Both the position numbers and the translations under genes were made by a program. The notes beneath the pieces were generated by a model. That model saw only the letters and a program-made list of their open reading frames with translations, was not told where the DNA came from and did no database searches. A stretch of DNA of 64,000 bases from Bacillota bacterium (lineage in GTDB: Bacteria; Bacillota; Clostridia; Peptostreptococcales; Acidaminobacteraceae). The stretch's first letter is position 1, and each line of letters opens with the position of its first letter. Shown here piece by piece: positions 1 through 9,273 of the stretch. The stretch spans positions 1,755 to 65,754 of the forward strand of contig JAWSUW010000001.1 of the NCBI GenBank assembly GCA_033549245.1, given 5' to 3'.

Positions 1-243
1 GCATTTATAATGTATGTCATCCCTTTGATCGCACTTTTCGCAGGATTGTCAGCAGGATATTTCCTATTCCAGTCTTCACCTAATTCAGAAATGTATTCAG
101 GACTGCTCGGCCTCGTTTTGATGGTAATGGCATTTTTCGTCATCAAAATGAACGACAAGCATTTTATGAAAAGTGAGAAGTATACCGCACAAATCATGAA
201 GATCCTTCAGACGGAACACGAAGGCATCATACCATTACAATAG
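1..243 (+). CDS. RseC/MucC family membrane protein, C-terminal part (5' end outside window)
   Basis: Frame is open from base 1. AFIMYVIPLIALFAG followed by a second hydrophobic helix is typical of RseC/MucC. Confidence 0.65.
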   Translation, partial: AFIMYVIPLIALFAGLSAGYFLFQSSPNSEMYSGLLGLVLMVMAFFVIKMNDKHFMKSEKYTAQIMKILQTEHEGIIPLQ

Positions 244-260
244 TGAAATAGGGGGAACAC

Positions 261-1658
261 ATGCAACTGGATTCTATACTTTTATTGGCCAGCAAAGGCA
301 TATTGGATACAATTGAAGAAGGTGTTCATATCGTCGATCGTGCTGGTATTACGATTCTGTACAATAAAGCGATAGAAACCATTGAAGGGCTCCCCCAAAA
401 TCAAGTGATTGGGAAACATCTGCTCGATATCTTTCCGGATTGGACCAAGGAAAACAGCACACTTTTGACTGTGCTCAATACTGGAGAGCCTATTTACAAC
501 CGTGAACAGAGTTATCTCAATTTCAAAGGCAAACGCATTCGCACAGTCAATACGACCATTCCAATTTTTGACGGAAAGCAGCTTGTTGGAGCGGTGGAAG
601 TGTCAAGAAATATGACGACGGTCACCGATATGACCAAACAAATCATAGAACTACAGCAAAAATTGATCAAACCGGTCAAAAGACAGAAGGGCATCAAACA
701 ATACCATTTTGATCAGTTGATCGGTAAGAATCATAAATATCTGGAAGCGATCAAGATTGCCAAACGTGCCTCAAAATCCAGCTCTAGCGTCTTGATTTAT
801 GGCGACACCGGAACTGGTAAAGAACTGTTCTCACAGAGCATTCATTTTGCCAGTGATCGTGCAAACATGCCATTCATCGCACAGAACTGCGCAGCAATCC
901 CAGAAAATTTACTTGAGGGGCTCTTGTTTGGCACATCTAAAGGCTCTTTCACAGGAGCTGAAGACAGGCCTGGTTTGTTTGAACAGGCTGAAGGTGGAAC
1001 GCTGCTTCTGGATGAGATCAATAGCATGAGTCAGACACTTCAAGCAAAAATCCTCAGGGTGCTTCAGGAAAATTATGTCAGAAGAGTCGGCGGCAACAAA
1101 GATATTCCAATCAATGTTAGAATCATAGCCGCCACCAATGAAGAACCGGAGACTCTAATTGAAAAAGGTCAGTTCAGAAAAGACCTCTTTTATAGATTGA
1201 ATGTCATCAATATCAGAATTCCAAGTTTGAATGAACGTGTGGATGACATACCGATTCTCGTTGATTTTTTCATACGTGAATACAATGAAAAGATGAAAAA
1301 AGATGTCTGGATGGTTTCCGATGAGATTATGGAGGCGTTCAAACGTTACAACTGGGCAGGGAACATCCGCGAACTCAAGAACTTCATAGAATCCGCCATG
1401 AACCTGGTCACAGACGATCATGTCATAGGTAAGGAACACATGCCATCACATGTCTCGGAAGTGCTTATGAAGAAAGAGCGGTATATTCCGACACAGACGA
1501 CAACGGTTGACGATCTCAACAAACATCTTGAATCCATTGAAAAAGACATCATCGATAAAACGCTGAAGCAGTACAATAACAATATCAGCAAGGCTGCTGA
1601 GCATCTCAAGGTTTCAAGACAGAATCTGCAGTATAAAATAAAAAAATATTATGAATAA
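261..1658 (+). CDS. PAS-domain sigma-54-dependent transcriptional activator (RocR-like), probable activator of the ornithine operon
   Basis: N-terminal PAS domain, Walker A GDTGTGKE, GSFTGA loop, LLLDEI Walker B, C-terminal Fis-type HTH. A sigma-54 promoter lies downstream at 3730. Confidence 0.93.
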   Translation: MQLDSILLLASKGILDTIEEGVHIVDRAGITILYNKAIETIEGLPQNQVIGKHLLDIFPDWTKENSTLLTVLNTGEPIYNREQSYLNFKGKRIRTVNTTIPIFDGKQLVGAVEVSRNMTTVTDMTKQIIELQQKLIKPVKRQKGIKQYHFDQLIGKNHKYLEAIKIAKRASKSSSSVLIYGDTGTGKELFSQSIHFASDRANMPFIAQNCAAIPENLLEGLLFGTSKGSFTGAEDRPGLFEQAEGGTLLLDEINSMSQTLQAKILRVLQENYVRRVGGNKDIPINVRIIAATNEEPETLIEKGQFRKDLFYRLNVINIRIPSLNERVDDIPILVDFFIREYNEKMKKDVWMVSDEIMEAFKRYNWAGNIRELKNFIESAMNLVTDDHVIGKEHMPSHVSEVLMKKERYIPTQTTTVDDLNKHLESIEKDIIDKTLKQYNNNISKAAEHLKVSRQNLQYKIKKYYE

Positions 1659-1661
1659 TAG

Positions 1662-1689
1662 AAACCTCCACTATTGTTGTGGAGGTTTT
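1662..1689 (+). terminator. Intrinsic terminator
   Basis: AAACCTCCAC / GTGGAGGTTT stem with a 7-nt loop immediately after the stop codon. Confidence 0.8.
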
Positions 1690-1761
1690 ACTCATATATA
1701 ATGGCGGGTTAACATGAAACTAACATCGGTATGTTATCATTCGATCGAAGGAGTTGAGAAA

Positions 1762-3552
1762 ATGCTTGTAATGACACCGTCAATTATTGATACTCGTGCA
1801 CTTTTGTTCCATAAATTACTCACAGAAGAAAGCGTCACCACTTTTTATCAACCTATCGTCAGTTTGAAAAGTGGTAACATAATGGGATACGAAGCGCTTT
1901 CCAGAGGTCCACAGAATACTGTGTTCTATTCACCCACTGAAATGATCAAAGCCGCACACGAGTACGGTAAGCTATGGGAACTTGAGATGCTGTTCAGACA
2001 AAAGGCACTTGAACGTGCCATTGAAATCAGTCCTGAAAAATATCTCTTCCTCAATGTCGATCCTGATATCATCAAATCCAATGACTTCAAAACTGGTTTG
2101 ACTAAAGAGTGTCTGGACGCCCTTGGCATTTCAGAAAAAGCGATTGTTTTTGAAATTACCGAAAGAACATCCATCAATGACTATGAATCCTTTCAGATCG
2201 TGCTTGACCATTATAGGAACCAGGGGTACAAGATTGCCATTGACGATGTGGGATCCGGCTATTCTGGACTCAAGACCATCAACGAAGTGCGTCCGGATTT
2301 CATCAAGATCGATATGGATCTCATAAGAAACATCGACAAAGATGCATTTAAACAAGCACTTCTCAAAGCATTTGTCGATACCGCCATCAAGACAAACATC
2401 AAATTGATTGCCGAAGGTATTGAAACGAAAGAAGAACTGAAGACACTCATTTTGTTAGGGGTGCATGCTGGGCAAGGTTATTATCTGCAAAAACCCTCCC
2501 CAAGGTTTGAGGATCTTGAACCGGAAGTCATCAAACGCATCGAGGATTATAATAAGATATCCACCAATCTAAACGCTTATGCCCAAGATTATCATTATAT
2601 TTCCAACCTTATGAACAGTCATAAACATTGCACATTTGAATCCATGATTGAAAGTCAAACCGTTAAGCAACATCTTGAAAAAGAGAACATGACCAGTGCT
2701 TGTATCTGTGAGCACGATTATCCCGTTGGTTTGGTTATGAAACATAACCTGGATTCGAAATTGTCGGGGCGCTATGGTTATTCACTTTATTCGAACCGGC
2801 CGGTGTCAAAAATAATGAATACAAATCCTTTGATTGTCGATTCCTACACACCAATAAGTGTGGTAGCAAAACGTGCGATGGAACGTTCGGATGATGAACT
2901 GTTTGATGATATCATTGTCACCAAGGCTTCCAAATATATAGGTATTGTATCAATGAAAAAAATTTTCGAGTACACTTTGATGTTCGAGAAAAACAATGCC
3001 AAAGAGCACAATCCGCTTTCAGGTCTACCTGGTAATCCAATCATAAAGCGGGTCATGTCGGATCTTGTAACATACAAGAACAACTCTTGTATCTGCTATT
3101 TGGATATCAATGACTTCAAAATATACAATGATGTCTATGGTTTTGAAAGCGGAGACAATATGATCCGGTTTTTAGCGCAGCTAATACAGGATAACGTTAA
3201 GAAGATTTTCCCGTTTTCCAGTTTCATCGGACATGTGGGAGGCGATGATTTCATCATGATCATCAACGGTGAGTCAAAAGAATATCATCAAGTGCTTCAA
3301 AATATCCTGGATGATTTTGAAAAAAACAAAATTTTTCTGTTTTCTGACAAGCACATTATGAATAACAAGATTGTTTCAGAAGATCGATTCGGAGTGATGA
3401 GGGAATTTCCACTCACTAAGCTTTCAATAGCGGGAATTGCTGGTGACTTATCAGAATATCGGACATCAGAATCTTTAAGTGAAGCTTTGGCGGTACTTAA
3501 AAAAGAAATAAAACAGATTCCTGACAGCAGTTATAAAATAATAATGACATGA
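1762..3552 (+). CDS. EAL-CBS-GGDEF c-di-GMP phosphodiesterase/cyclase
   Basis: YEALSR, EITER, IAIDDVGSGYS and AEGIE (EAL domain); central CBS-like pair; GHVGGDDF. Start placed after the AAGGAG RBS (ORF track starts at 1714). Confidence 0.9.
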   Translation: MLVMTPSIIDTRALLFHKLLTEESVTTFYQPIVSLKSGNIMGYEALSRGPQNTVFYSPTEMIKAAHEYGKLWELEMLFRQKALERAIEISPEKYLFLNVDPDIIKSNDFKTGLTKECLDALGISEKAIVFEITERTSINDYESFQIVLDHYRNQGYKIAIDDVGSGYSGLKTINEVRPDFIKIDMDLIRNIDKDAFKQALLKAFVDTAIKTNIKLIAEGIETKEELKTLILLGVHAGQGYYLQKPSPRFEDLEPEVIKRIEDYNKISTNLNAYAQDYHYISNLMNSHKHCTFESMIESQTVKQHLEKENMTSACICEHDYPVGLVMKHNLDSKLSGRYGYSLYSNRPVSKIMNTNPLIVDSYTPISVVAKRAMERSDDELFDDIIVTKASKYIGIVSMKKIFEYTLMFEKNNAKEHNPLSGLPGNPIIKRVMSDLVTYKNNSCICYLDINDFKIYNDVYGFESGDNMIRFLAQLIQDNVKKIFPFSSFIGHVGGDDFIMIINGESKEYHQVLQNILDDFEKNKIFLFSDKHIMNNKIVSEDRFGVMREFPLTKLSIAGIAGDLSEYRTSESLSEALAVLKKEIKQIPDSSYKIIMT

Positions 3553-3553
3553 G

Positions 3554-3621
3554 GTGCAAGAAAATTTGCACTTAATGGTAAAGAGCAAAATATTTTGCAT
3601 AAAAAGTGCAAATTATTTTGC
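3554..3621. promoter_or_regulatory. Three palindromic upstream activator boxes (GCAA-N6-TTGC)
   Basis: GCAAGAAAATTTGC 3556-3569, GCAAAATATTTTGC 3585-3598, GCAAATTATTTTGC 3608-3621; 110-175 bp upstream of the -24 element. Confidence 0.75.
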
Positions 3622-3729
3622 TTTTTACTTTGCAGACAATTCTAAATATTCAGATTTTTCATTGTATGGATATTTGTACAATGTGTTTTTGGAACGTGTT
3701 GAGCACTTTTGTTGCAAAATGTATTCAGT

Positions 3730-3745
3730 TGGCATGAGTCTTGCA
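3730..3745 (+). promoter_or_regulatory. Sigma-54 (-24/-12) promoter of the ornithine operon
   Basis: TGGCATGAGTCTTGCA with exact GG-N10-GC spacing. Confidence 0.9.
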
Positions 3746-3798
3746 TATATAACCATATAACCATATAACAATGAAATATTAAAATGGAGGTTTTCAGT

Positions 3799-4851
3799 AT
3801 GAGAAAAGAAACTGTAAAAGTGGCAATATGGGGCTTCGGCGCAATGGGAAGCGGAATGGCAAAGATGCTTTTGACGAAACAAGGTGTTGAAATCGTTGGT
3901 GTTTGTGATAGAAATCCTAGCAGAGTAGGCAAAGATATCCATGAACTTTTAGGAGTTGAGCGTGGCGATCGCAAACCTGTCATCGTAAATCCTGAAATTG
4001 ACGAAGTGATCAGCGAAGGTTCTTGTGACGTTTGCCTTTGTGCGACTGATTCGTTCACTGAAAAAGCATTCCCTAGACTCAAGCACGTTCTTGAAAAGAA
4101 AATCAATGTCATTTCAACAGCAGAAGAAATGGCTTATCCTAAAGCACAAAATCCGGAACTTGCAGCTGAACTAGATAAAATCGCAAAAGAAAATGGCGTA
4201 TCTATCTTAGGTACAGGCATCAATCCAGGTTTGATTATGGATCTTCTTGTAGTTGTACTCACTGGTTGTATGACTGATGTGACACATGTAGAAGCTAAAC
4301 GTGTCAACAGCTTATCACCATTTGGTCATGCGGTAATGGAAGAGCAAGGCGTTGGCATCACTGTCGATGAGTTCAACAAAGGCGTAGAAGACGGTACACT
4401 TGCAGGTCACGTTGGATTTGCAGAGTCCATTAATATGATCGCTGATGCTATCGGTTGGAAAGTAGACGGAATCAAGACTCAAATGGCACCAATCGTAACA
4501 ACAGTAGACAGACAAGCGCCACACGGCTTTGCTGCTGCTGGAAATGTCGCTGGCGTAAGCATGACTGGCCAAGGTTATGTTGACGGTGAAGTGAAAATCG
4601 ACATGATTCACCCACAACAGATCGAGCCAGAAATGGAAGGCACATACACTGGGGATTACATCACACTTAAAGGCACACCAGAAGTCAACATGACAATCAA
4701 GCCTGAAGTTGAAGGTGGACTCGGAACAATCGCAATGTGTGTCAACATGATTCCTCAAATCATCAACTCAGAACCAGGTCTCAAGACAATGTTAGATTTG
4801 CCAGTACCAAGAGCAATCATGGGCGATATGAGAAACTGGATCAAAGCTTAA
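3799..4851 (+). CDS. ord: 2,4-diaminopentanoate dehydrogenase
   Basis: Rossmann motif WGFGAMG, GTGINPG, first gene before ortAB-oraSE. Start after GGAGG RBS. Confidence 0.93.
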   Translation: MRKETVKVAIWGFGAMGSGMAKMLLTKQGVEIVGVCDRNPSRVGKDIHELLGVERGDRKPVIVNPEIDEVISEGSCDVCLCATDSFTEKAFPRLKHVLEKKINVISTAEEMAYPKAQNPELAAELDKIAKENGVSILGTGINPGLIMDLLVVVLTGCMTDVTHVEAKRVNSLSPFGHAVMEEQGVGITVDEFNKGVEDGTLAGHVGFAESINMIADAIGWKVDGIKTQMAPIVTTVDRQAPHGFAAAGNVAGVSMTGQGYVDGEVKIDMIHPQQIEPEMEGTYTGDYITLKGTPEVNMTIKPEVEGGLGTIAMCVNMIPQIINSEPGLKTMLDLPVPRAIMGDMRNWIKA

Positions 4852-4868
4852 ACGAAAGAGGTGTTTGA

Positions 4869-5180
4869 ATGAACGCTAAAAAAGGCGAATGGGTAAAAAT
4901 TTACAGAGTAATTTTGAAGCCTGAGGAAAGAGCTCCCCAGGTGCCTGATGATACAAAACTTGTACCACTGGAAATGTGGGTCAAAGGGTTTATAACCGCT
5001 GATGCAGAGCTTGGAGATATCGTTGAGGTCAAGACGATTACAGGTAGAATGGAAAGTGGCAAACTCGTGGAAATCAATCCGACTTATACACATTCTTTTG
5101 GTAATTTCGTACCTGAATTGTTACAAATAGGATTGGATCTTAAAGAAATTCTGTTTGGAGGTGATTCGGTTGAAAGATAA
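4869..5180 (+). CDS. ortA: 2-amino-4-ketopentanoate thiolase alpha subunit
   Basis: ERAPQVPDDTKLVPLEMWVKG signature; operon context. Confidence 0.93.
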   Translation: MNAKKGEWVKIYRVILKPEERAPQVPDDTKLVPLEMWVKGFITADAELGDIVEVKTITGRMESGKLVEINPTYTHSFGNFVPELLQIGLDLKEILFGGDSVER

Positions 5181-6585
5181 TTCATATAATGCGGTGATGA
5201 GCCGAAAAAACGAGATCATGAAAAATGCCATAGGCATTGATTATTCCACTTTTGAGAACGAAGGCATCAGCTTCGAATATGAGCGTATGATGCGAGAAAC
5301 CGGATACACTCTTGAAGAGATGCAAAAGATTCAAGGAGAGACTGGCGTTGGAAACACCCCAATCTTTGAACTCAGAAATATGACCGCACTCGCTAGAAAA
5401 TATTCTGAACCTGGAAAAGGCGCAAGAATATTCATAAAAGATGAAGGTGGAAATCCATCCGGAAGTTTTAAAGCCAGACGTGCGGCAAACGCTGTATATC
5501 ATGCCAAAAAGCTCGGCTACAAAGGTGTCATTGCGGCAACCAGCGGTAACTATGGAGCAGCTGTGGCATCCCAAGCGGCATTGCAAGGTCTCAAATGCAT
5601 AATCGTACAGGAAACGTATGATTCAAAAGGCATGGGACAACCTGAAATTGTTGAAAAAGCAAGAAAATGTGAAGCTTATGGCGCTGAAGTCATGCAACTA
5701 TCAGTGGGCCCTGAACTCTTCTATGAGTTCTTGTTGTTGCTCGAAGAGACTGGATACTTCAATGCGTCACTCTATACACCATTCGGTATCGCAGGTGTTG
5801 AAACCCTCGGTTATGAGCTTTCAATGCAAATGCGTGAAAAATATGGTAAGGACCCGGAAGTAGTGGTTTGTACCAATGCAGGCGGTGGTAACCTTACTGG
5901 TACAGCGAGAGGTCTCATCAAAGCTGGAGCTACTGACACTCAAGTTGTCGCAGCATCAGTTGATCTTTCTGGACTTCACATGGCAAGCGATAGCCAATTT
6001 AATCGCAAGTCGTTCACAACTGGTCATACAGGTTTTGGCATACCGTTTTCAACATATCCGGACCGTTCAGATGTACCGAGATCGGCTGCTCGTCCAATGA
6101 GATATATGGACAGATATGTCACAGTGACACAAGGTGAAGTATTCTATATGACTGAAGCACTGGCACAAATTGAAGGACTCGAAAGAGGACCAGCTGGAAA
6201 TACAGCACTTGCAGCGGCTTTCAGTATTGCAAGAGAAATGGACCAAGATCAGATGATCATTGTTCAAGAGACTGAGTATACCGGAGCAGGCAAGCATATT
6301 CAACCACAATTGTCATTTGCAAGAGACAATGGCATTGAAATATTCTTCGGTAATCCGGTGGATCAAGTGCCGGGAGTAAACATTATTCTACCAAAGACAC
6401 CAGATCTCATAAAAGCAATTGATCTAGATATGACGAAAACCAGAAAATCTGTCGTAAAGAATGCGATCAACGCCAATCAGGCGACTCGTGTCAGCGAACA
6501 AGATATACAGTTTCTAGTTGCAGAGACAAAGACAGATAGAACATTTGTAACAGAAACACTCAAGGAACTCGGAATAGAATTTTAA
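5170..6585 (+). CDS. ortB: 2-amino-4-ketopentanoate thiolase beta subunit (PLP-dependent)
   Basis: NPSGSFKARRA PLP-lysine motif, ATSGNYG. TTG start after GGAGGTGA. Confidence 0.93.
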   Translation: MKDNSYNAVMSRKNEIMKNAIGIDYSTFENEGISFEYERMMRETGYTLEEMQKIQGETGVGNTPIFELRNMTALARKYSEPGKGARIFIKDEGGNPSGSFKARRAANAVYHAKKLGYKGVIAATSGNYGAAVASQAALQGLKCIIVQETYDSKGMGQPEIVEKARKCEAYGAEVMQLSVGPELFYEFLLLLEETGYFNASLYTPFGIAGVETLGYELSMQMREKYGKDPEVVVCTNAGGGNLTGTARGLIKAGATDTQVVAASVDLSGLHMASDSQFNRKSFTTGHTGFGIPFSTYPDRSDVPRSAARPMRYMDRYVTVTQGEVFYMTEALAQIEGLERGPAGNTALAAAFSIAREMDQDQMIIVQETEYTGAGKHIQPQLSFARDNGIEIFFGNPVDQVPGVNIILPKTPDLIKAIDLDMTKTRKSVVKNAINANQATRVSEQDIQFLVAETKTDRTFVTETLKELGIEF

Positions 6586-6613
6586 TGCGGATAAAATTAA
6601 GGAGGATCAATTC

Positions 6614-6991
6614 ATGAAAGGTTTTTTAAAGAGAGACGACGACTTCGCGGAAAGACGTCAACACCTTGCTGATCTAACGGATGAGCAATTGAAAGATAAG
6701 TTCTGGAGTTTGGTGGAAGAAATCGTGGATCCACTTATGGAACTTGCAGAAAAGAACACCTCACCAGCCATCGAGCGTTCTGTACTTTTAAGAATGGGTT
6801 TCTCAAGCCTTGAAGCAAAGCCACTAGTTGATGGTGCTGCGGATAGAGGTCTTGTGGGTCATGGCGTTGGGCACGTTGTTTACAGAATTGCCAAGGAGAA
6901 GAACCTCGACATCAGAACTGCTGGTCTCGAACTTATCGAAGGCAAGCACTGGGACGATGCTGTGGCAATTTTTAAGGGAGGTGCAAAATAA
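6614..6991 (+). CDS. oraS: D-ornithine 4,5-aminomutase alpha (S) subunit
   Basis: AIERSVLLRMGFSSLEAK signature; its stop overlaps the oraE start. Confidence 0.93.
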   Translation: MKGFLKRDDDFAERRQHLADLTDEQLKDKFWSLVEEIVDPLMELAEKNTSPAIERSVLLRMGFSSLEAKPLVDGAADRGLVGHGVGHVVYRIAKEKNLDIRTAGLELIEGKHWDDAVAIFKGGAK

Positions 6992-9207
6992 TGCTGGATA
7001 TCAATAAGAAAATTGACGTGAAAGAAATCCTCAAGGATTTGGAAAATTATAGACCTAAGAGACGCGGATGGACTTGGAGAGAGAAAAGTGACAAGCAAGT
7101 TTATGGTCCTTTTGAATATACAGACATGTCCACACCTCTTAAAAATTACATCGGTATTCCTGCAGCTCAATACTTTGGCAATATCGATCCACAACCAAAC
7201 AATACAATCACTACTGAAATCGCATCTGGTCGTTTCGAAGACGATATAAGAAGAATGAGAATGGCGGCATGGCACGGAGCGGATCATATCATGGTAATCC
7301 GTACTGCTGGACAATCCCACTTTGATGGTTTGATCGAAGGCACTCCACAAGGTATCGGCGGTGTTCCAATTTCAAGAAAGCAAGTTAGAGCACACAGAAA
7401 AGCGCTTGACCTGATCGAAGATGAAGTTGGCAGACCAATCAATTACCACTCATATGTATCTGGAGTAGCAGGTCCTGACGTAGCTGTAATGCTCGCTGAA
7501 GAAGGCGTAAATGGAGCTCACCAGGATCCTCAATACAATGTGCTTTACAGAAACATCAACATGGTGCGTTCTTTTGTCGATGCGGCAGAGTCTAAAAAAG
7601 TCATGGCTTGGGCAGAAATGGTTCAAATCGATGGCGCTCATAATGCGAATGCTACAGCAAGAGAAGCTTGGAAAGTTATGCCTGAACTTATGGTTCAACA
7701 TGGGATCAATGCTCTTTATTCATTTAAAGCAGGTATGCCTAAGGCAAACATCGCACTTTCCACAGTACCTCCGACATCAGCTCCAGCTCCAAATATGAAA
7801 CTTGACTTGCCATACGCTGTTGCGCTCAGAGAAATATTCTCAGAGTACAAAATGCGTGCGCAAATGAATACAAAATATATCACATCATCTTCTAGAGAAG
7901 CGACTGTGACTCATGTCATGAACATGCTTATTTCAAGATTGACATCTGCTGACATTCAGTCCACAATCACTCCTGATGAAGGTAGAAACGTGCCTTGGCA
8001 TATGTTCAACATCGAAGCATGTGATACTGCAAAACAAACACTTGCAGGTTTTGATGGCTTGATGGACATGATCGAACTCAGAAATGAAGGCTTCTTAAGA
8101 GATCAAGCTAGAGAACTAAAGGAAAGAGCAGTGCTTTACCTTGAGGAAATCATCAAAGCCGGTGGTTACTTCAATGCAGTAGAGCAAGGATTCTTTGTTG
8201 ACTCGGCACTTTACCCTGAGCGTAACGGTGACGGTATCGGTAGAAAAATCGATGGCGGCGTTGGCGCTGGTACAGTTTACGAGAGAGCAGCAGATTATTT
8301 TGCTCCTGTTACAGCTCATTATGGGTACAACAATGTGGCTCAATATGATGCAAATGCAGTTTCTAATCCTTCGACATTGATCGATGGTTGTACGTTCGAA
8401 AATGCTGACAAAATCATTTACATCGACGAACTCGATGAGAACGATAACGTCAATCAACGTATGGCTGAGTCTGAGAAATACCGTGGCGAGTATGGAGAGT
8501 CACCATTTGTGAAGCCTGAAGTACAATGGCTTGGCGATGGCGTTGTCCAAGTTGAGATCTTATTGCCGCTTTACCTCAGAGGAGCACAGTATGCTGCTAT
8601 CGAGTTCGCTAAAAAAATGAACCTCAAAGACGTAGAAGTGATCCACATAGAGCAAATGCATCCTACAGAGGGCACACGTGTCCAACTCAAAGGTGTACTT
8701 GATTTCGACCTCGATATGAGAACTGTTGAGATTCCACCAGAGCCAGAAGTTATGAGCGATGATGAAATCAGAGAAGAGTTTGATAAGTTCCCGGTGAAGA
8801 TCGTTGCTGGTACAGTTGGAGAAGATGAGCACTCTGTTGGTTTAAGAGAAGTCATCGACATCAAGCACGGCGGTATTGAAAAATACGGTTGTGATGTTGA
8901 ATACCTTGGCACATCCGTACCGATTGAGAAATTGGTGGATGCGGCTATCGAAATTGATGCCAATGTCATCCTCGCATCAACCATCATCTCGCATGACGAT
9001 GTCCACTACAAAAACATGAAGCGTATTCATGAATATGCAGTGGAAAAAGGCGTCAGAGACCGTTTCATCATTTGTGCCGGCGGTACACAGGTTACACCTG
9101 AAGTCGCTAGAGCAAACGGAATGGACGAAGGTTTCGGCAGATATGACAGAGGAGTCAATGTTGCGACTTTCTTAGTACACAAAGGCAGAGAAAAAAGAGG
9201 TCAATAA
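6991..9207 (+). CDS. oraE: D-ornithine 4,5-aminomutase beta (E) subunit, adenosylcobalamin/PLP-dependent
   Basis: EIASGRFEDDIRRMRMAAWHGADH; cobalamin motif DEHSVG; PLP lysine in IDIKHGG. Confidence 0.95.
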   Translation: MLDINKKIDVKEILKDLENYRPKRRGWTWREKSDKQVYGPFEYTDMSTPLKNYIGIPAAQYFGNIDPQPNNTITTEIASGRFEDDIRRMRMAAWHGADHIMVIRTAGQSHFDGLIEGTPQGIGGVPISRKQVRAHRKALDLIEDEVGRPINYHSYVSGVAGPDVAVMLAEEGVNGAHQDPQYNVLYRNINMVRSFVDAAESKKVMAWAEMVQIDGAHNANATAREAWKVMPELMVQHGINALYSFKAGMPKANIALSTVPPTSAPAPNMKLDLPYAVALREIFSEYKMRAQMNTKYITSSSREATVTHVMNMLISRLTSADIQSTITPDEGRNVPWHMFNIEACDTAKQTLAGFDGLMDMIELRNEGFLRDQARELKERAVLYLEEIIKAGGYFNAVEQGFFVDSALYPERNGDGIGRKIDGGVGAGTVYERAADYFAPVTAHYGYNNVAQYDANAVSNPSTLIDGCTFENADKIIYIDELDENDNVNQRMAESEKYRGEYGESPFVKPEVQWLGDGVVQVEILLPLYLRGAQYAAIEFAKKMNLKDVEVIHIEQMHPTEGTRVQLKGVLDFDLDMRTVEIPPEPEVMSDDEIREEFDKFPVKIVAGTVGEDEHSVGLREVIDIKHGGIEKYGCDVEYLGTSVPIEKLVDAAIEIDANVILASTIISHDDVHYKNMKRIHEYAVEKGVRDRFIICAGGTQVTPEVARANGMDEGFGRYDRGVNVATFLVHKGREKRGQ

Positions 9208-9219
9208 TTATAACAAATG

Positions 9220-9248
9220 AAAGAGGGATGCAATCGCACCCTCTTTTT
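9220..9248 (+). terminator. Intra-operon hairpin / partial terminator
   Basis: AAAGAGGGATGC / GCACCCTCTTT stem with one bulge, followed by a T-run. Confidence 0.65.
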
Positions 9249-9273
9249 AACCACTTAGAGTGAGGTTGAAGAT

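Noticed and set aside
3554-4112. Short ORFs 3554-3760 (+), 3625-3942 (-) and 3642-4112 (-)
   Set aside because: They overlap the enhancer/promoter region or ord antisense; no RBS or motifs.
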